From Candidatus Staskawiczbacteria bacterium (GTDB lineage: Bacteria; Patescibacteriota; Minisyncoccia; Minisyncoccales; Staskawiczbacteraceae): 64,000 nucleotides of DNA. Below the pieces are notes generated by a model. The model made no database searches. It saw only the letters and a list, made by a program, of their open reading frames with translations, and was not told the DNA's origin. Below, one piece after another: positions 50,884 to 61,044 of the stretch. How positions within the stretch are numbered: position 1 is the stretch's first letter; each line of letters begins with the position of its first letter. Position numbers and translations under genes: made by a program. Location: contig JAPLZC010000006.1 in NCBI GenBank assembly GCA_026395215.1, positions 8,081 to 72,080 of the forward strand, written 5' to 3'.

Positions 50884-51036
50884 ATGTTATCAGAAATAAG
50901 AGACTTTGTCAAAGTTCATTTTAGTGATATAATGCTATTTATAATAGTTGTGCTTTTGGTTATGCTAGCATTTGCTACAGGATACATAACCGCCAAGTAC
51001 CAAATAAAAACACCAATTACCATAGAACAAAAATAA
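50884..51036 (+). CDS. small membrane protein (50 aa, not in the ORF track)
   Basis: MLSEIRDFVKVHFSDIMLFIIVVLLVMLAFATGYITAKYQ.. contains one TM helix. TAATG overlap with the uppS start. Confidence 0.4.
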   Translation: MLSEIRDFVKVHFSDIMLFIIVVLLVMLAFATGYITAKYQIKTPITIEQK

Positions 51037-51725
51037 TGACAAACAAAATACCAAATCATATAGTTTTATTTCCAGACGGCAACAGACGCTGGGCAAAGCA
51101 AAACGGATTAAAATCATTGGAAGGTCACAAAAAAGGTTACGAAAATCTCTTGGACTTTTCTGATTGGTGCAGAAATAAAGGCGTAAAAGTGCTCACGGCT
51201 TTTGGTTTTTCAACAGAAAACTGGAATAGAAGCGAAGAGGAAGTAAATTACTTAATGAAGCTTTTAGAAGGTTGTTTGGTGGATAATTTGGGCAGATATG
51301 AAAAAGATGGCGTTAGAGTCAGAGTAATAGGCCAAAAAGAGCGTTTACCAAAATCCTTACAGGAAGCAATTATAAAAGTAGAAGATTTAACAAAAAATAA
51401 TTCTAATTTGTTTTTAAATTTGGCAATAAGCTACGGTGGTAAGTGGGATATTTTAAACGCCGTAAAAAATATTGTAAAAGAGGGGATTAGCCCAGGTCAA
51501 ATTACTGAAGAAGTTATGGAATCTCATTTATCTACAGCCGGTTTGCCTTCACCAGACTTTATTATTCGCGCCGGCGGAGAAATGCGTATGTCCAACTTTG
51601 TCCTATGGCAATCCGCATACGCTGAACTATACTTTTCTCCAAAATACTGGCCAGAATTCACCGAACAAGACCTAGACATAGCTCTAACCGAATTCGACAA
51701 GCGCACCCGTAGATTCGGCAAATAA
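51036..51725 (+). CDS. uppS: isoprenyl transferase (undecaprenyl diphosphate synthase)
   Basis: HIVLFPDGNRRWA, FSTENWNR and RAGGEMRMSNF blocks. Confidence 0.9.
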   Translation: MTNKIPNHIVLFPDGNRRWAKQNGLKSLEGHKKGYENLLDFSDWCRNKGVKVLTAFGFSTENWNRSEEEVNYLMKLLEGCLVDNLGRYEKDGVRVRVIGQKERLPKSLQEAIIKVEDLTKNNSNLFLNLAISYGGKWDILNAVKNIVKEGISPGQITEEVMESHLSTAGLPSPDFIIRAGGEMRMSNFVLWQSAYAELYFSPKYWPEFTEQDLDIALTEFDKRTRRFGK

Positions 51726-51730
51726 AAAAA

Positions 51731-51753
51731 ACAGGGCCTTAGCCCTGTTTTTT
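51731..51753. terminator. bidirectional terminator between uppS and the LAGLIDADG gene
   Basis: acagggc/gccctgt stem flanked by an A run and a T run. Confidence 0.8.
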
Positions 51754-51758
51754 AGTAG

Positions 51759-52253
51759 TTAGTTAGTTTTTGATAACGTCTTGGCCATATCTAACCATTT
51801 GGGTTCTCTTGGTTTATTTTTATATTTGGCAGAAGATTTGTGAATTTCTATTAGGGTGCAAATGTCGTTCTTTTTCCATTCGGCTAAATGTTTTCCTTTG
51901 TTTTTGTGGATTACCTCAACTCCTTTTGCCCAAAGCTCAAAATCTTTTTTCTTTTTATCTGACAAAAGATTTTTTTTGAAAAAGGGAACAACAATTCCGG
52001 CAATGTCATCAATTTTTTGCACAGAAAATCTTGCCTGGTCTTTTGATATATTAACTTCTCCACAAGCTAATTCTTTTTTAATTTTCTCTAAAACCTTAAC
52101 ATTGTCCTTTGGTCCTGTCACCACAAATTGCGCCTTCCACCTATAATAAGTAGGTGACCCAGTTCTTTCCCGCCTAACATCCTTCCTAAACTGCAAATCA
52201 AAACATCCATCCTGATTAGTTAATACTGCAACGTTAAATTTTTTTTCTGCCAT
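51759..52253 (-). CDS. free-standing LAGLIDADG-family homing-endonuclease-like protein
   Basis: 164 aa. Degenerate motif VAVLTNQDGCF. The characteristic VLEKIKKELACGEV..IVVPFFKKNLLSDKKKKDFELW layout is present. Confidence 0.6.
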   Translation of the reverse strand: MAEKKFNVAVLTNQDGCFDLQFRKDVRRERTGSPTYYRWKAQFVVTGPKDNVKVLEKIKKELACGEVNISKDQARFSVQKIDDIAGIVVPFFKKNLLSDKKKKDFELWAKGVEVIHKNKGKHLAEWKKNDICTLIEIHKSSAKYKNKPREPKWLDMAKTLSKTN

Positions 52254-52419
52254 AAATTTTATTAATTATATTTTATTATATATCAATTGTGCGACAAAGT
52301 ACAAGCCCCAATTGCTTCGCCCGTCCGAAGCTCGTAGAGCGTAGGAGAATGCGACAAAATGTGAAAAATAAGAGAGAATTTTGGATAAAATGTCAAGCGG
52401 TAAAAAACGGAAAATTTGC

Positions 52420-52544
52420 TTGACTGGGGGGCGGGGACTGGTAAAATAGGGGGTATAGTATAATTAACATAAAAATACTATGCCAAAACCAGAATTTGCA
52501 CCAAAACCATAGTGCTCAAAAAAAGCCCCTCTCGGGGCTTTTTT
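52420..52544 (+). promoter_or_regulatory. self-contained micro-transcription unit (promoter, 10-codon ORF, terminator)
   Basis: TTGACT 52420-52425, a G-rich 16-nt spacer and TAAAAT 52442-52447. ORF ATG 52480..TAG 52512 encodes MPKPEFAPKP. Terminator gcccc-tctc-ggggc at 52525-52538 followed by a T6 run. Confidence 0.35.
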
Positions 52545-52549
52545 GATTG

Positions 52550-53521
52550 TTATTTTTTGTCAGGGTCGGAGTGGAATTGGTGGTGGATGTCGCGTAACCT
52601 TTTGTTGGTTACGTGGGTGTAGATTTGGGTAGTGGCGATGTTGCTGTGGCCAAGAAATTCTTGGATACTGCGGAGGTCTACGCCTTGGTTTAGTAAATCA
52701 GTGGCGTAACTGTGGCGGAGGGTGTGTGGGGTGGTGAAAATTGGGACACCAGATAGTAAGGCATATTTTTTGACCATACGTTCTATTGAACGTGGTGTGA
52801 GTCTGGAGTCTTCATCGTCTTTTTTATCGCGAAAGTTTATAAACAAAGCTTTTTGATTGATGTGTTTAGAATCATTTCTTATTTCTAAATATTTTCTGAT
52901 GAAGTTTAGCGCGCGTTCAGAAAAATAAACAACTCTTGGTTTGCCACCTTTTCCAATAACTCCAAGTTCCATATCCTTTTTATCTTTTAAACTGTTGAAC
53001 TGTTCAAGGTTTAGGGCGGTGAGTTCGGCAATGCGCAAGCCGGTTGAGAAAAAGGCCTCTAAAATGGCTCGATCCCTAATACTTCCATCATCTTTTGGGT
53101 TTATTGAGGCTAAAAGCTTGCCAACTTGGTCTAGGTTAAGGAATTTGATGCTTTTTTGGCCTTTATCTGCCTTAGGAAGGACGATTTTTCCTGGGGGTAT
53201 CGAAGGCACGTCTTTGGATACAAAATACGCTAGAAAGCCTCTTAGAGCGACTAAATAGTAGTTCTGGGTGCCTTTGGACAACAATTTACCTGTTGCAGGG
53301 CTAGGAGTCCTAGAAAGGTAAACTCTATAGGCCCAAATATGCTCTGGAGTCAGTTGATGGGGAAGTAGAGAGCCCAATTTAGCCTCATCCATCCAATGGA
53401 AAAACTTTTCCAAATATTTTCTATAATTTTCCTGAGTATTTTTTCTTAAACCTTTTTCTATTTCACAATAATCTAAAAAGTCTTGAATATGTTCTTTAAT
53501 TGGTTTTGTTGAATTTTGCAT
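52550..53521 (-). CDS. tyrosine recombinase (XerC/XerD-like)
   Basis: HTLRHSYATDLL, LGHSNIATTQIYTHV and an N-terminal SAM-like domain. 323 aa. Confidence 0.85.
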   Translation of the reverse strand: MQNSTKPIKEHIQDFLDYCEIEKGLRKNTQENYRKYLEKFFHWMDEAKLGSLLPHQLTPEHIWAYRVYLSRTPSPATGKLLSKGTQNYYLVALRGFLAYFVSKDVPSIPPGKIVLPKADKGQKSIKFLNLDQVGKLLASINPKDDGSIRDRAILEAFFSTGLRIAELTALNLEQFNSLKDKKDMELGVIGKGGKPRVVYFSERALNFIRKYLEIRNDSKHINQKALFINFRDKKDDEDSRLTPRSIERMVKKYALLSGVPIFTTPHTLRHSYATDLLNQGVDLRSIQEFLGHSNIATTQIYTHVTNKRLRDIHHQFHSDPDKK

Positions 53522-53671
53522 TGTTTTGAAGTTTCTTAAGAGGCCCCCTTATGGTACGCCTGTTTACCTACATTTTGCGACATACCTTATATCTATATAA
53601 TAGGCTCCCCTTGGGCCTTGGTCAACCCCCAAATATCCACAGGTACAAAAAAGACGATGTTTGGGTCGTCT

Positions 53672-54229
53672 TTATTGGCCGGTCGGACATTGGCAACTGC
53701 CAGAATTATTTTCTTTTCCTTGAATTGCATTAGAAATTCCGGAAATATAATTTTCAATATTATTTTTTGTGTCAGAAATTTTTTGTGTAGTTTGATTAAC
53801 CGAATTTTGTACAACCTCTCCCCCATTTTTGATGGTTTCACCCACTTTTTGAGATACCCCGGAAACCGCTTCTACGCCCTTGGCAACATAGTCTCCAATA
53901 CTAAGTGGACTGGCTGGTTTGATACCTGTAGTGTCAATTAATTGCTGTGAGGCGGCGTTAGTAGCACTGAATGCGTCGATAGTATTTGATGAATTAGTAT
54001 TTGATGAATTGCTAGATGCTGTGTCAGTCTTAGGTACAGTATCTGTTGAGGTTTTGGTATCTTCCGAATTAAGATTGTTTACCCCACCCAGTAAGCTGGC
54101 ACCAGCGTATTTTTGAATCATGGAAAGAATATTTTTAAAGACATCTCGTGAATACGCCTGCTGACTAAAAAACACAGCCACCAATATAACAATTATTATA
54201 ACTATATAAATTATTATTTTCTTATTCAT
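53672..54229 (-). CDS. membrane-anchored Ser/Thr/Asn-rich hypothetical protein
   Basis: N-terminal TM helix and low-complexity STN-rich segments. ATGA overlap with the gltX stop. Confidence 0.5.
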   Translation of the reverse strand: MNKKIIIYIVIIIVILVAVFFSQQAYSRDVFKNILSMIQKYAGASLLGGVNNLNSEDTKTSTDTVPKTDTASSNSSNTNSSNTIDAFSATNAASQQLIDTTGIKPASPLSIGDYVAKGVEAVSGVSQKVGETIKNGGEVVQNSVNQTTQKISDTKNNIENYISGISNAIQGKENNSGSCQCPTGQ

Positions 54230-55722
54230 GAAAGCATTTTGATGGCGTCGGAGATGCGTTTTAGGGTTTTTTCTTTGCCTAATATATTGGCTATTTCAAA
54301 CGGGCTTGGTGAGGTGCTTTTTCCAGATAATGCTACGCGTAATGGCCATAACATGTATCCTTTGTTTTTCTCCGGATAACCCTTTTCTATGTTAAATTTT
54401 TCAGATGCAGAAAACATTTCTGTTTCCAAACTTTTTAAAGTCCATTCTTTGACGTTAGATAATATTTTTTCTGAAAAAGCCAAGGAATCTTTTACTTCCC
54501 CACTTCCCATCTTTGCCCAGGTTAATAAATCTTTTTCATAAACAAGTTTGTCACCAAAAAAGAAATCAGATAAGCCAGCTATGTCAGATAATTTTTTCAT
54601 TCTGGTTTTTGATATTTCAACTATTTCTTGTAGCTTATTCTGTGAAATCTGTCCTTGGACCAAAAGTCCGGCCTCCTTAAGATATGGCACACAAAGTTCC
54701 GTAAGTTTTTCAATTGATTTTTCTCTAATATAAAGCCCGTTTAAAAAATCCAGTCTTTGTGTATTAAATACAGCTCCGGCTTTCTGCACCTTTTCTATGG
54801 AAAACTCTTTTATCAACTGCGCCAGCGTAAACATTTCTCGTTCTGTGCCAGGGTTCCAACCAAGTAAAACCATAAAGTTAATTAAAGCCTCAGGTAAATA
54901 GCCATTTTTGTGATAATCAGAAATAGCAACATCGCCTTGGCGCTTAGACATTTTGCTTCTATCCATGTTTAGCATTAAAGGTAAATGTGCATATATAGGT
55001 TGGTAAAATCCCAACGCTTCCTGAATTAATATTTGTCGCGGTGTGTTTGATAAATGCTCCTCTCCTCTTATTACGTGGCTTATTTGCATTAAAAAGTCAT
55101 CAACCACAACTGCAAAGTGATATAAAGGGCTGTTTAGGTCTTTGGCAATAACAACGTCCCCCAATAATCCGGTGTCAAACTCTACTTCTCCGCGGATTAA
55201 ATCATTAAATTTTACTTTTTTATTTTGTACTTTAAATCTTATTACGCAAGATTTATTTTCAGCGATGTTTTTGTTAATTTCGGCATCTGATAAATGTGCG
55301 CATTTGCCATCGTATTTAGGAGCCAATCCCCTGCTCATTTGCTCTTGGCGTTTATTTTCCAATTCTTCTTCCGTGCAGAAACAGAAATATGCTTTCTTTT
55401 CTTCCAGAAGTTGTTTTAAATATTTTTCGTAAATATCTAATCTTTGTGATTGCTTATATGGTTCACAATTTCCACCAATATCTGGCCCTTCATTCCACTC
55501 AATTCCCAACCATTTTAATTGCTCAATAACTTCATCGGTCCATCTTTGTTCTGACCTTTGAGTATCAGTATCTTCAATTCTTAGCAAAAAATCACCATTG
55601 TTTTGTTTCGCAAATAAGTAGTTAAACAAAGCTGTTCTTGCGGTTCCAATGTGCGCCGGTCCTGTTGGTGATGGTGCTATTCTGGTTCGTACTTTTTTAA
55701 TTTCTATTGTTTTTTTTGTCAT
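54226..55722 (-). CDS. gltX: glutamate--tRNA ligase
   Basis: HIGTARTALFNYLFA (HIGH) and the KMSKRQG (KMSKS) motif. 498 aa. Confidence 0.9.
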   Translation of the reverse strand: MTKKTIEIKKVRTRIAPSPTGPAHIGTARTALFNYLFAKQNNGDFLLRIEDTDTQRSEQRWTDEVIEQLKWLGIEWNEGPDIGGNCEPYKQSQRLDIYEKYLKQLLEEKKAYFCFCTEEELENKRQEQMSRGLAPKYDGKCAHLSDAEINKNIAENKSCVIRFKVQNKKVKFNDLIRGEVEFDTGLLGDVVIAKDLNSPLYHFAVVVDDFLMQISHVIRGEEHLSNTPRQILIQEALGFYQPIYAHLPLMLNMDRSKMSKRQGDVAISDYHKNGYLPEALINFMVLLGWNPGTEREMFTLAQLIKEFSIEKVQKAGAVFNTQRLDFLNGLYIREKSIEKLTELCVPYLKEAGLLVQGQISQNKLQEIVEISKTRMKKLSDIAGLSDFFFGDKLVYEKDLLTWAKMGSGEVKDSLAFSEKILSNVKEWTLKSLETEMFSASEKFNIEKGYPEKNKGYMLWPLRVALSGKSTSPSPFEIANILGKEKTLKRISDAIKMLS

Positions 55723-55726
55723 GTTT

Positions 55727-56863
55727 TTAGTCTAGCATTAAAAATTCTAAAATTTCGCGGGCAATTGCTCGGGCAGCCAGTGGTTTTGCAAAAGCTAAAG
55801 CTGCTTGTTTCATTTCTTCTAATCTTTCTGGGTGTAAAAATAATAATTGAACATTTTCTAGAAAGAAATTAGGAGTAAGGTTTTCTTGTTCAAAAACAAT
55901 TGCGGCTCCAGTCTCTGAATAAATATAGGCATTTTTAGACTGATGGTCGCCCGCTGCGCTTGGCAGAGGAATTAAAATGCTTGGCTTACCGTTTGCAGCA
56001 ATTTCAAAAATTGAGCCCGACCCCGAACGCGAAACAATAATGTCGGCGGCCTTGTACGCGTGTTTTAACTTTTCTTCGTTCAAATATCCAATTGGATGAT
56101 AATATATGTCCTCGCCCTTGTCCTCTACAACCTGAGCTTCAGCCGACTCTTCTTTTAAATTGGCTACGCCTGTGACATGGATTATTTCATAATCTCTTAA
56201 TAATTTTTCTAAAATAAGCAAAATAAAATCATTTATGGCTTCGGCTCCCTGCGACCCTCCAATCACTAAAATTATTGGCTTTGAAAGAGTTAAATTGAAA
56301 ATTTCTACGGCTCTCGCTTTGTCGCCTTCTATTACCTCTTTTCTTATTGGATTACCTGTTAAAATTATTTTTTCTTGGTCAAAATATTCTGTTTTTGGAA
56401 ATGAAACAAATATTTTCTTTGCCCATTTTGCGGTTGCCTGATTTGAAAGTCCCGGCACAACATCAGACTCGTGAATAAACACCGGAATTTTTAGAATTTT
56501 TGCTGCAAAAGTTACGGCAATAGACCCCGAACCTCCCTTACTAAAAACTAAATCTGGCCTGTTAATTAAAAGTAAGAAAAAGCTTTGGACAAAGCCAAAT
56601 GGGATTTTAAATAAAATATCAACAAAATTCTGCAGAGCAAAATATCTCCTTATTTTTCCAGATATAATTGTTTTTATAATAAAATCTTCCTGCGACAGCA
56701 AAGCCAGGCTGAAATCATCTTTAGGCCCAAGATAATAAAACTCCAGATCCCTGCCCGCCGATGAGGAGGGCTTATTTGGATAGATTCTTCGTATTTCTCT
56801 GGCAATGGCAACTAGCGGATAAACGTGTCCCCCAGTCCCCGCCCCCGTAAATAATATTTTCAT
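55727..56863 (-). CDS. murG: UDP-N-acetylglucosamine--N-acetylmuramyl-(pentapeptide) pyrophosphoryl-undecaprenol GlcNAc transferase
   Basis: GAGTGGHVYP G-loop, GGSQGA and SRSGSGSIFE blocks. Confidence 0.9.
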   Translation of the reverse strand: MKILFTGAGTGGHVYPLVAIAREIRRIYPNKPSSSAGRDLEFYYLGPKDDFSLALLSQEDFIIKTIISGKIRRYFALQNFVDILFKIPFGFVQSFFLLLINRPDLVFSKGGSGSIAVTFAAKILKIPVFIHESDVVPGLSNQATAKWAKKIFVSFPKTEYFDQEKIILTGNPIRKEVIEGDKARAVEIFNLTLSKPIILVIGGSQGAEAINDFILLILEKLLRDYEIIHVTGVANLKEESAEAQVVEDKGEDIYYHPIGYLNEEKLKHAYKAADIIVSRSGSGSIFEIAANGKPSILIPLPSAAGDHQSKNAYIYSETGAAIVFEQENLTPNFFLENVQLLFLHPERLEEMKQAALAFAKPLAARAIAREILEFLMLD

Positions 56864-56881
56864 ATACTTATAATAGCAAAA

Positions 56882-58009
56882 TTAAGTGTTTTTTGAAATA
56901 TTTAGTAAGAGGCCTACGCCAATTAGTTCAGCTAGTAGGTGCGAACCTCCGTAGGAGAAAAATGGCAGTGGAATACCGGCCAGAGGAAAAATTCCCGCAA
57001 CAGATGAAATATTTATAAATGCTTGAAGGGTTATCCAAAAAACAATTCCAATGGCAGTTAATTTTGAAAACCTGTCGTCTGAATTTTTGGCTATTTGTAG
57101 GCCAAGCCAAAAAAATAAAATAAATAATGCAATTAGAGCAATACATCCTAAAGCCCCAATTTCCTCTCCTATAATTCCAAAAATAGAGTCAGACATTGCT
57201 TGTGGTAAAAAGTTAAACTTTTGGACAGACATTCCTAGTCCATTGCCAAAAATTCCACCCGATCCTAAAGAAATTAACGACTGTCTAAGCTGGTATCCTG
57301 TGCCTAGCGGGTCGGCGTTTGGGTCTAAAAATATCAGCCAGCGTTGAAGTCTGTAGGCCTCAAATCTTACCATAAAAAGCAAAAGTCCCAGTCCTCCGGC
57401 AATTATTACAATGGTGTGCCAGACAGGAGTTTTTGCTGAAAAATACATGGCAAGTAAAGTAAGCGCAATAATTCCCAGTGTACTGGCATCTCGCTGAAAA
57501 TATAAAGCCACAAAAAGTAAACCTAAAAAAATCAAAAATGGGAAGAAAATATATACTACGTTGTGATAACCTTTTTTGGTGATGGCTTTCCAGTCTGAAG
57601 CATTTTCATCTGATAATTTTGAGGCAATCCACGCAGATAAATATAAAATAGCGGTAATTTTTAAAAATTCTGAAGGCTGTATTGTAAATCCTCCCAAATG
57701 AATCCACCTGCTTGCGCCGTAAATTTTCATTCCAATACCCGGCATGAAGACAATAAATAAGGCTGCAAAGTTAAGCAATACTAGTAATGGAGACCATTTT
57801 TTCAGCCATTTCAAGGAAATTTTATAGGCAATAATACCTCCGATAATTCCCGGCAACAGCCCAAAAAATAATTGATGGAATAGATAATAATTTGTATTGC
57901 CAAATCTCTGCAGAGATGCAGATGATGATAAACAGGCAAAAAACAAAAAACTAAAACCTAGCAAAAAAGTAACAACAAAAAATAAAAAATAATTGAACTT
58001 ACTCTCCAT
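56882..58009 (-). CDS. ftsW: SEDS-family peptidoglycan polymerase FtsW/RodA
   Basis: 10 TM helices, the IQPSEFLKI block and the GIPLPFFSYGGS C-terminal block. Located between murD and murG. Confidence 0.8.
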   Translation of the reverse strand: MESKFNYFLFFVVTFLLGFSFLFFACLSSSASLQRFGNTNYYLFHQLFFGLLPGIIGGIIAYKISLKWLKKWSPLLVLLNFAALFIVFMPGIGMKIYGASRWIHLGGFTIQPSEFLKITAILYLSAWIASKLSDENASDWKAITKKGYHNVVYIFFPFLIFLGLLFVALYFQRDASTLGIIALTLLAMYFSAKTPVWHTIVIIAGGLGLLLFMVRFEAYRLQRWLIFLDPNADPLGTGYQLRQSLISLGSGGIFGNGLGMSVQKFNFLPQAMSDSIFGIIGEEIGALGCIALIALFILFFWLGLQIAKNSDDRFSKLTAIGIVFWITLQAFINISSVAGIFPLAGIPLPFFSYGGSHLLAELIGVGLLLNISKNT

Positions 58010-59317
58010 TTATTTTAAATTATTAACGGCTTTAGTAAATTGGTCGCCCCTGTCAAATTCGTTTTTAAATAAATTAAAACTTGAGCCACCGGGAGATAAT
58101 ATAACTATGTCTTTTTTTTCTGCTAGGTCCTTGGCTTTTTTTACTGCTTCTTGCATAGAGGAAACATTGTGTACTCGCGTGTATCCGCCAAGCCCTTCTT
58201 TTATTTTATCAGACGCTGTGCCTGGTAGCATAATAACCTCATCAACTCGTTCTCCTATTATTCTGGCCAAGTCATTGTATTTTAGTCCCTTGTTCATGCC
58301 ACCGCATATTAAAATTAGCCTTGAATCAGGGAAATTTTCTAGAAAAGTATTAATTGCCACTATTACGGCATCGGGCATTGTGGCGGTTGTATCGTTAAAG
58401 TATTTTACACCCCTCACTTCTCTTATAAACTCTTGTCGACTAGAAACTCCCTTAAAAGTTTTTAGTGATTTTTCTATGACCTTAGTTGGAATTTTTAGCA
58501 CCTTGGCAACTTCCAGCGCAGCAGAAAGATTATATAGATTATGCTCGCCAAGTAATTTAAAACTGTCAGTTTCTTCTGCCTTTGAAAAATAAATGACTTT
58601 TCCTTTAGACTGGCCTGCAAACTGTCGCACAATATAATCGTCTGCGTTTAGAACTAAAATGTCATTTTTCTTTTGATATTTAAAAATTATTTTCTTGGCC
58701 TCAGTGTATTCCGCCATAGTTGCATATCTATTCAAATGGTCGGGCATTATATTTGTAATTACAGCTATGTTTGGACTTTGAGTTAACCCTTCTAACTCAA
58801 AACTGGAAAGCTCTAAGACGACTTTATCATTTTTTTTAATTTTAGGCAGAAGCTCTAGTGGTGAAACGCCATTGTTTCCAGCAAAAAATGCTTTTTTATA
58901 TTTTGTTTTTAAAATATGGTAAATTAAGCCAGAAGTAGTTGATTTTCCTTTTGTGCCGGTAACGCCTATTATAAATGCACCAGATAATTTGAAAAACAAA
59001 CTAATATCAGTTTCAATTTGTTTGCCATTTTTTCTGGCAATTTCTAAATATGGAGATGTGTCCGGAACATCGGGATTTTTCATTATTAAATTTGCCCAAA
59101 GAAAATCCTTCTCTTCGTGTTTACCCAGGGCATATTTGATTTTTTTGAATTCCTTTAGCTTTCCAAGGGATTCTTGTAGTTTATCCTCGGTTTTTAAATC
59201 TGTAACCAAAACCTCCGCGCCTTGCTCGCAGAAAAATTTCGCCACTCCAACTCCCCCGCCATGCAGTCCCAGCCCCATTACCAAAACTTTTTTATTTTTG
59301 AATAAATTTTTAGACAT
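58010..59317 (-). CDS. murD: UDP-N-acetylmuramoylalanine--D-glutamate ligase
   Basis: GLGLHGGG Rossmann start and P-loop GVTGTKGKSTT. Confidence 0.9.
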   Translation of the reverse strand: MSKNLFKNKKVLVMGLGLHGGGVGVAKFFCEQGAEVLVTDLKTEDKLQESLGKLKEFKKIKYALGKHEEKDFLWANLIMKNPDVPDTSPYLEIARKNGKQIETDISLFFKLSGAFIIGVTGTKGKSTTSGLIYHILKTKYKKAFFAGNNGVSPLELLPKIKKNDKVVLELSSFELEGLTQSPNIAVITNIMPDHLNRYATMAEYTEAKKIIFKYQKKNDILVLNADDYIVRQFAGQSKGKVIYFSKAEETDSFKLLGEHNLYNLSAALEVAKVLKIPTKVIEKSLKTFKGVSSRQEFIREVRGVKYFNDTTATMPDAVIVAINTFLENFPDSRLILICGGMNKGLKYNDLARIIGERVDEVIMLPGTASDKIKEGLGGYTRVHNVSSMQEAVKKAKDLAEKKDIVILSPGGSSFNLFKNEFDRGDQFTKAVNNLK

Positions 59318-60107
59318 TGAATGGATCTTTTACTATTGGATTTATTTTTTTACTAAAACAAAAGTGGCTTATTTTTGCTAGATTATATGGCTCATCGGAA
59401 AAAAAGAATTTATGAACGTTTCCCCGCTTTATTTTTTTATCTATTACAGAATTATTTTCTAAATAAATCTTAACTTCTTTGGCCAAACTTTCCGCAGGAT
59501 TTATAACTTTTATTCCAGAGTCTATTGTTTTTTCTATTATATCCTTAAGCAATGGATAATGTGTGCATCCCAATATTAAAGTGTCTATTCCCTTGTCTTT
59601 AAGCGGTTCTATATATTTTTTAATGACTTCTATTGTTATTTTATCATCTAACATTCCTTCCTCAACCAGCGGAACAAGTAATGCGCATGGTTGTGAAAAT
59701 ACTTTAAGGTTTGAATCTGCTTTTAAAAGTTTTTTTTGGTAAACTCCGCTTTTAATTGTTCCCGGGGTTCCTATTATGCCTATTTTTTTGTTTTTGGTAG
59801 TTGCCAGCGCTTCAGCCACGGCTGGGTTTATCATTTCAAAAATAGGAGTTGGGCTAAATTTTTTCTTTAATGAATCAGATGCCCAAGCTGAAGAAGTGTT
59901 ACAGGCAATAACTATAATTTTTGCGTTTTTACGTAAAAGCCAATCTGTAATTTTTTCAGAATATTTTTTAACAAAATTCTCTCCCTTTGTTCCATAAGGA
60001 AGTCTTGCAGTATCTCCAAAATAAATTATTTGGTAGCCAGGTAAATATTTAAAGATTTCTTTAACTATTGTCAGGCCTCCAACCCCAGAATCAAAAATGC
60101 CTATCAT
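59310..60107 (-). CDS. murI: glutamate racemase
   Basis: IGIFDSGVGGLT, ACNTSSA and GCTHYP motifs. Confidence 0.9.
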   Translation of the reverse strand: MIGIFDSGVGGLTIVKEIFKYLPGYQIIYFGDTARLPYGTKGENFVKKYSEKITDWLLRKNAKIIVIACNTSSAWASDSLKKKFSPTPIFEMINPAVAEALATTKNKKIGIIGTPGTIKSGVYQKKLLKADSNLKVFSQPCALLVPLVEEGMLDDKITIEVIKKYIEPLKDKGIDTLILGCTHYPLLKDIIEKTIDSGIKVINPAESLAKEVKIYLENNSVIDKKIKRGNVHKFFFSDEPYNLAKISHFCFSKKINPIVKDPFNV

Positions 60108-60144
60108 AATAGTTTATGATAGCTTTTTTTTTAAGATAATTCAA

Positions 60145-60945
60145 TTATACTTCGGAAGAGAATCTTTTAAATACAATAACAAACAGGAATATTAGAATGA
60201 GAATTCCTAAAATCCATAAATACCAGCGTTTTAAAAATCCCATAAAACCGGTAGATTCTGAAACAGATTCAGAAACAGGAGCCACGGCTGCAGCGACAGC
60301 GACAGCGTCTGGAATAGCAGGCTCTTGAATTATTTTGCAATCATTTGAGCAATTATCATTTGTTTCGCCTAAATTGGGTTCGCACAATCCGTTTCCGCAA
60401 TTTTGATTAACTGCCGGGATGGGGGGGACACTTGGCTGGACTGGCTGGACTGGCTGAACTTGCTGAGCTGGGGCACAATAGATATTGTAATCGGCAGAAC
60501 TTGTGGCGCAAGTTGATCCATCACATTTAAATGTGTTTAAGCATTTGCTGGCAGAACATTCATCTAATGTACAACTGTTGCTGTCTGCGCAATTTTTGTA
60601 TAATCCGCTTTCAACTCCTTTTGAGTCAAACCAGTGTATAGAACCGCCATAGCATGCTTTTGTAGAATAAGGATTATAGGTGTTAACCTGTTGCACTTGA
60701 GGCAAAATTGGGTTGTATGTGCATTGCCCATATTGGCAAGTCTGTCCGTTGTAGCAACCAGTGTATAAATCTTGCTGAGTTCCGCAGGAATCATACCAAT
60801 AAATATTGCTACCTACGCAGAGCTTGTAAGCGTGATAGGTGCAATTGCCATATGAATTATATTGAGCGTTAGCAAAACCGGGCAATACTATTGCCAGCGC
60901 ACAAAACATCACTATAAATATCCCAAAAACAAGTATTTTATTCAT
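60145..60945 (-). CDS. Cys-rich secreted protein with a C-terminal membrane anchor
   Basis: Signal peptide. Repeated Cys-rich Y(W/H)(Y/F)DSxG modules, a QPV x3 tandem repeat (9-nt DNA repeat near 60437-60463), then GFMG followed by a TM helix. Confidence 0.6.
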   Translation of the reverse strand: MNKILVFGIFIVMFCALAIVLPGFANAQYNSYGNCTYHAYKLCVGSNIYWYDSCGTQQDLYTGCYNGQTCQYGQCTYNPILPQVQQVNTYNPYSTKACYGGSIHWFDSKGVESGLYKNCADSNSCTLDECSASKCLNTFKCDGSTCATSSADYNIYCAPAQQVQPVQPVQPSVPPIPAVNQNCGNGLCEPNLGETNDNCSNDCKIIQEPAIPDAVAVAAAVAPVSESVSESTGFMGFLKRWYLWILGILILIFLFVIVFKRFSSEV

Positions 60946-61002
60946 ATACTTATTATAGCATTTAGAAAGTAAATGTCAATATCTGTGCCCTTGTCGAGAC
61001 TC

Positions 61003-61044
61003 GCCAGGTGATTAACACCTGGCGCCCAGTGTTCATCACTGGGC
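61003..61044. repeat. tandem twin GC-rich hairpins (2 x 21 nt)
   Basis: gccaggtg-attaa-cacctggc at 61003-61023 is immediately followed by gcccagtg-ttcat-cactgggc at 61024-61044. Flanked by 9-nt direct repeats tgtgccctt at 60984-60992 and 61061-61069. Confidence 0.75.

Noticed and set aside
51759-53521. The LAGLIDADG gene plus Xer-type recombinase as the core of an integrated mobile element or prophage.
   Set aside because: I could not identify flanking att-like direct repeats, phage structural genes or a compositional shift. A single Xer-type recombinase is a normal housekeeping gene for chromosome dimer resolution.
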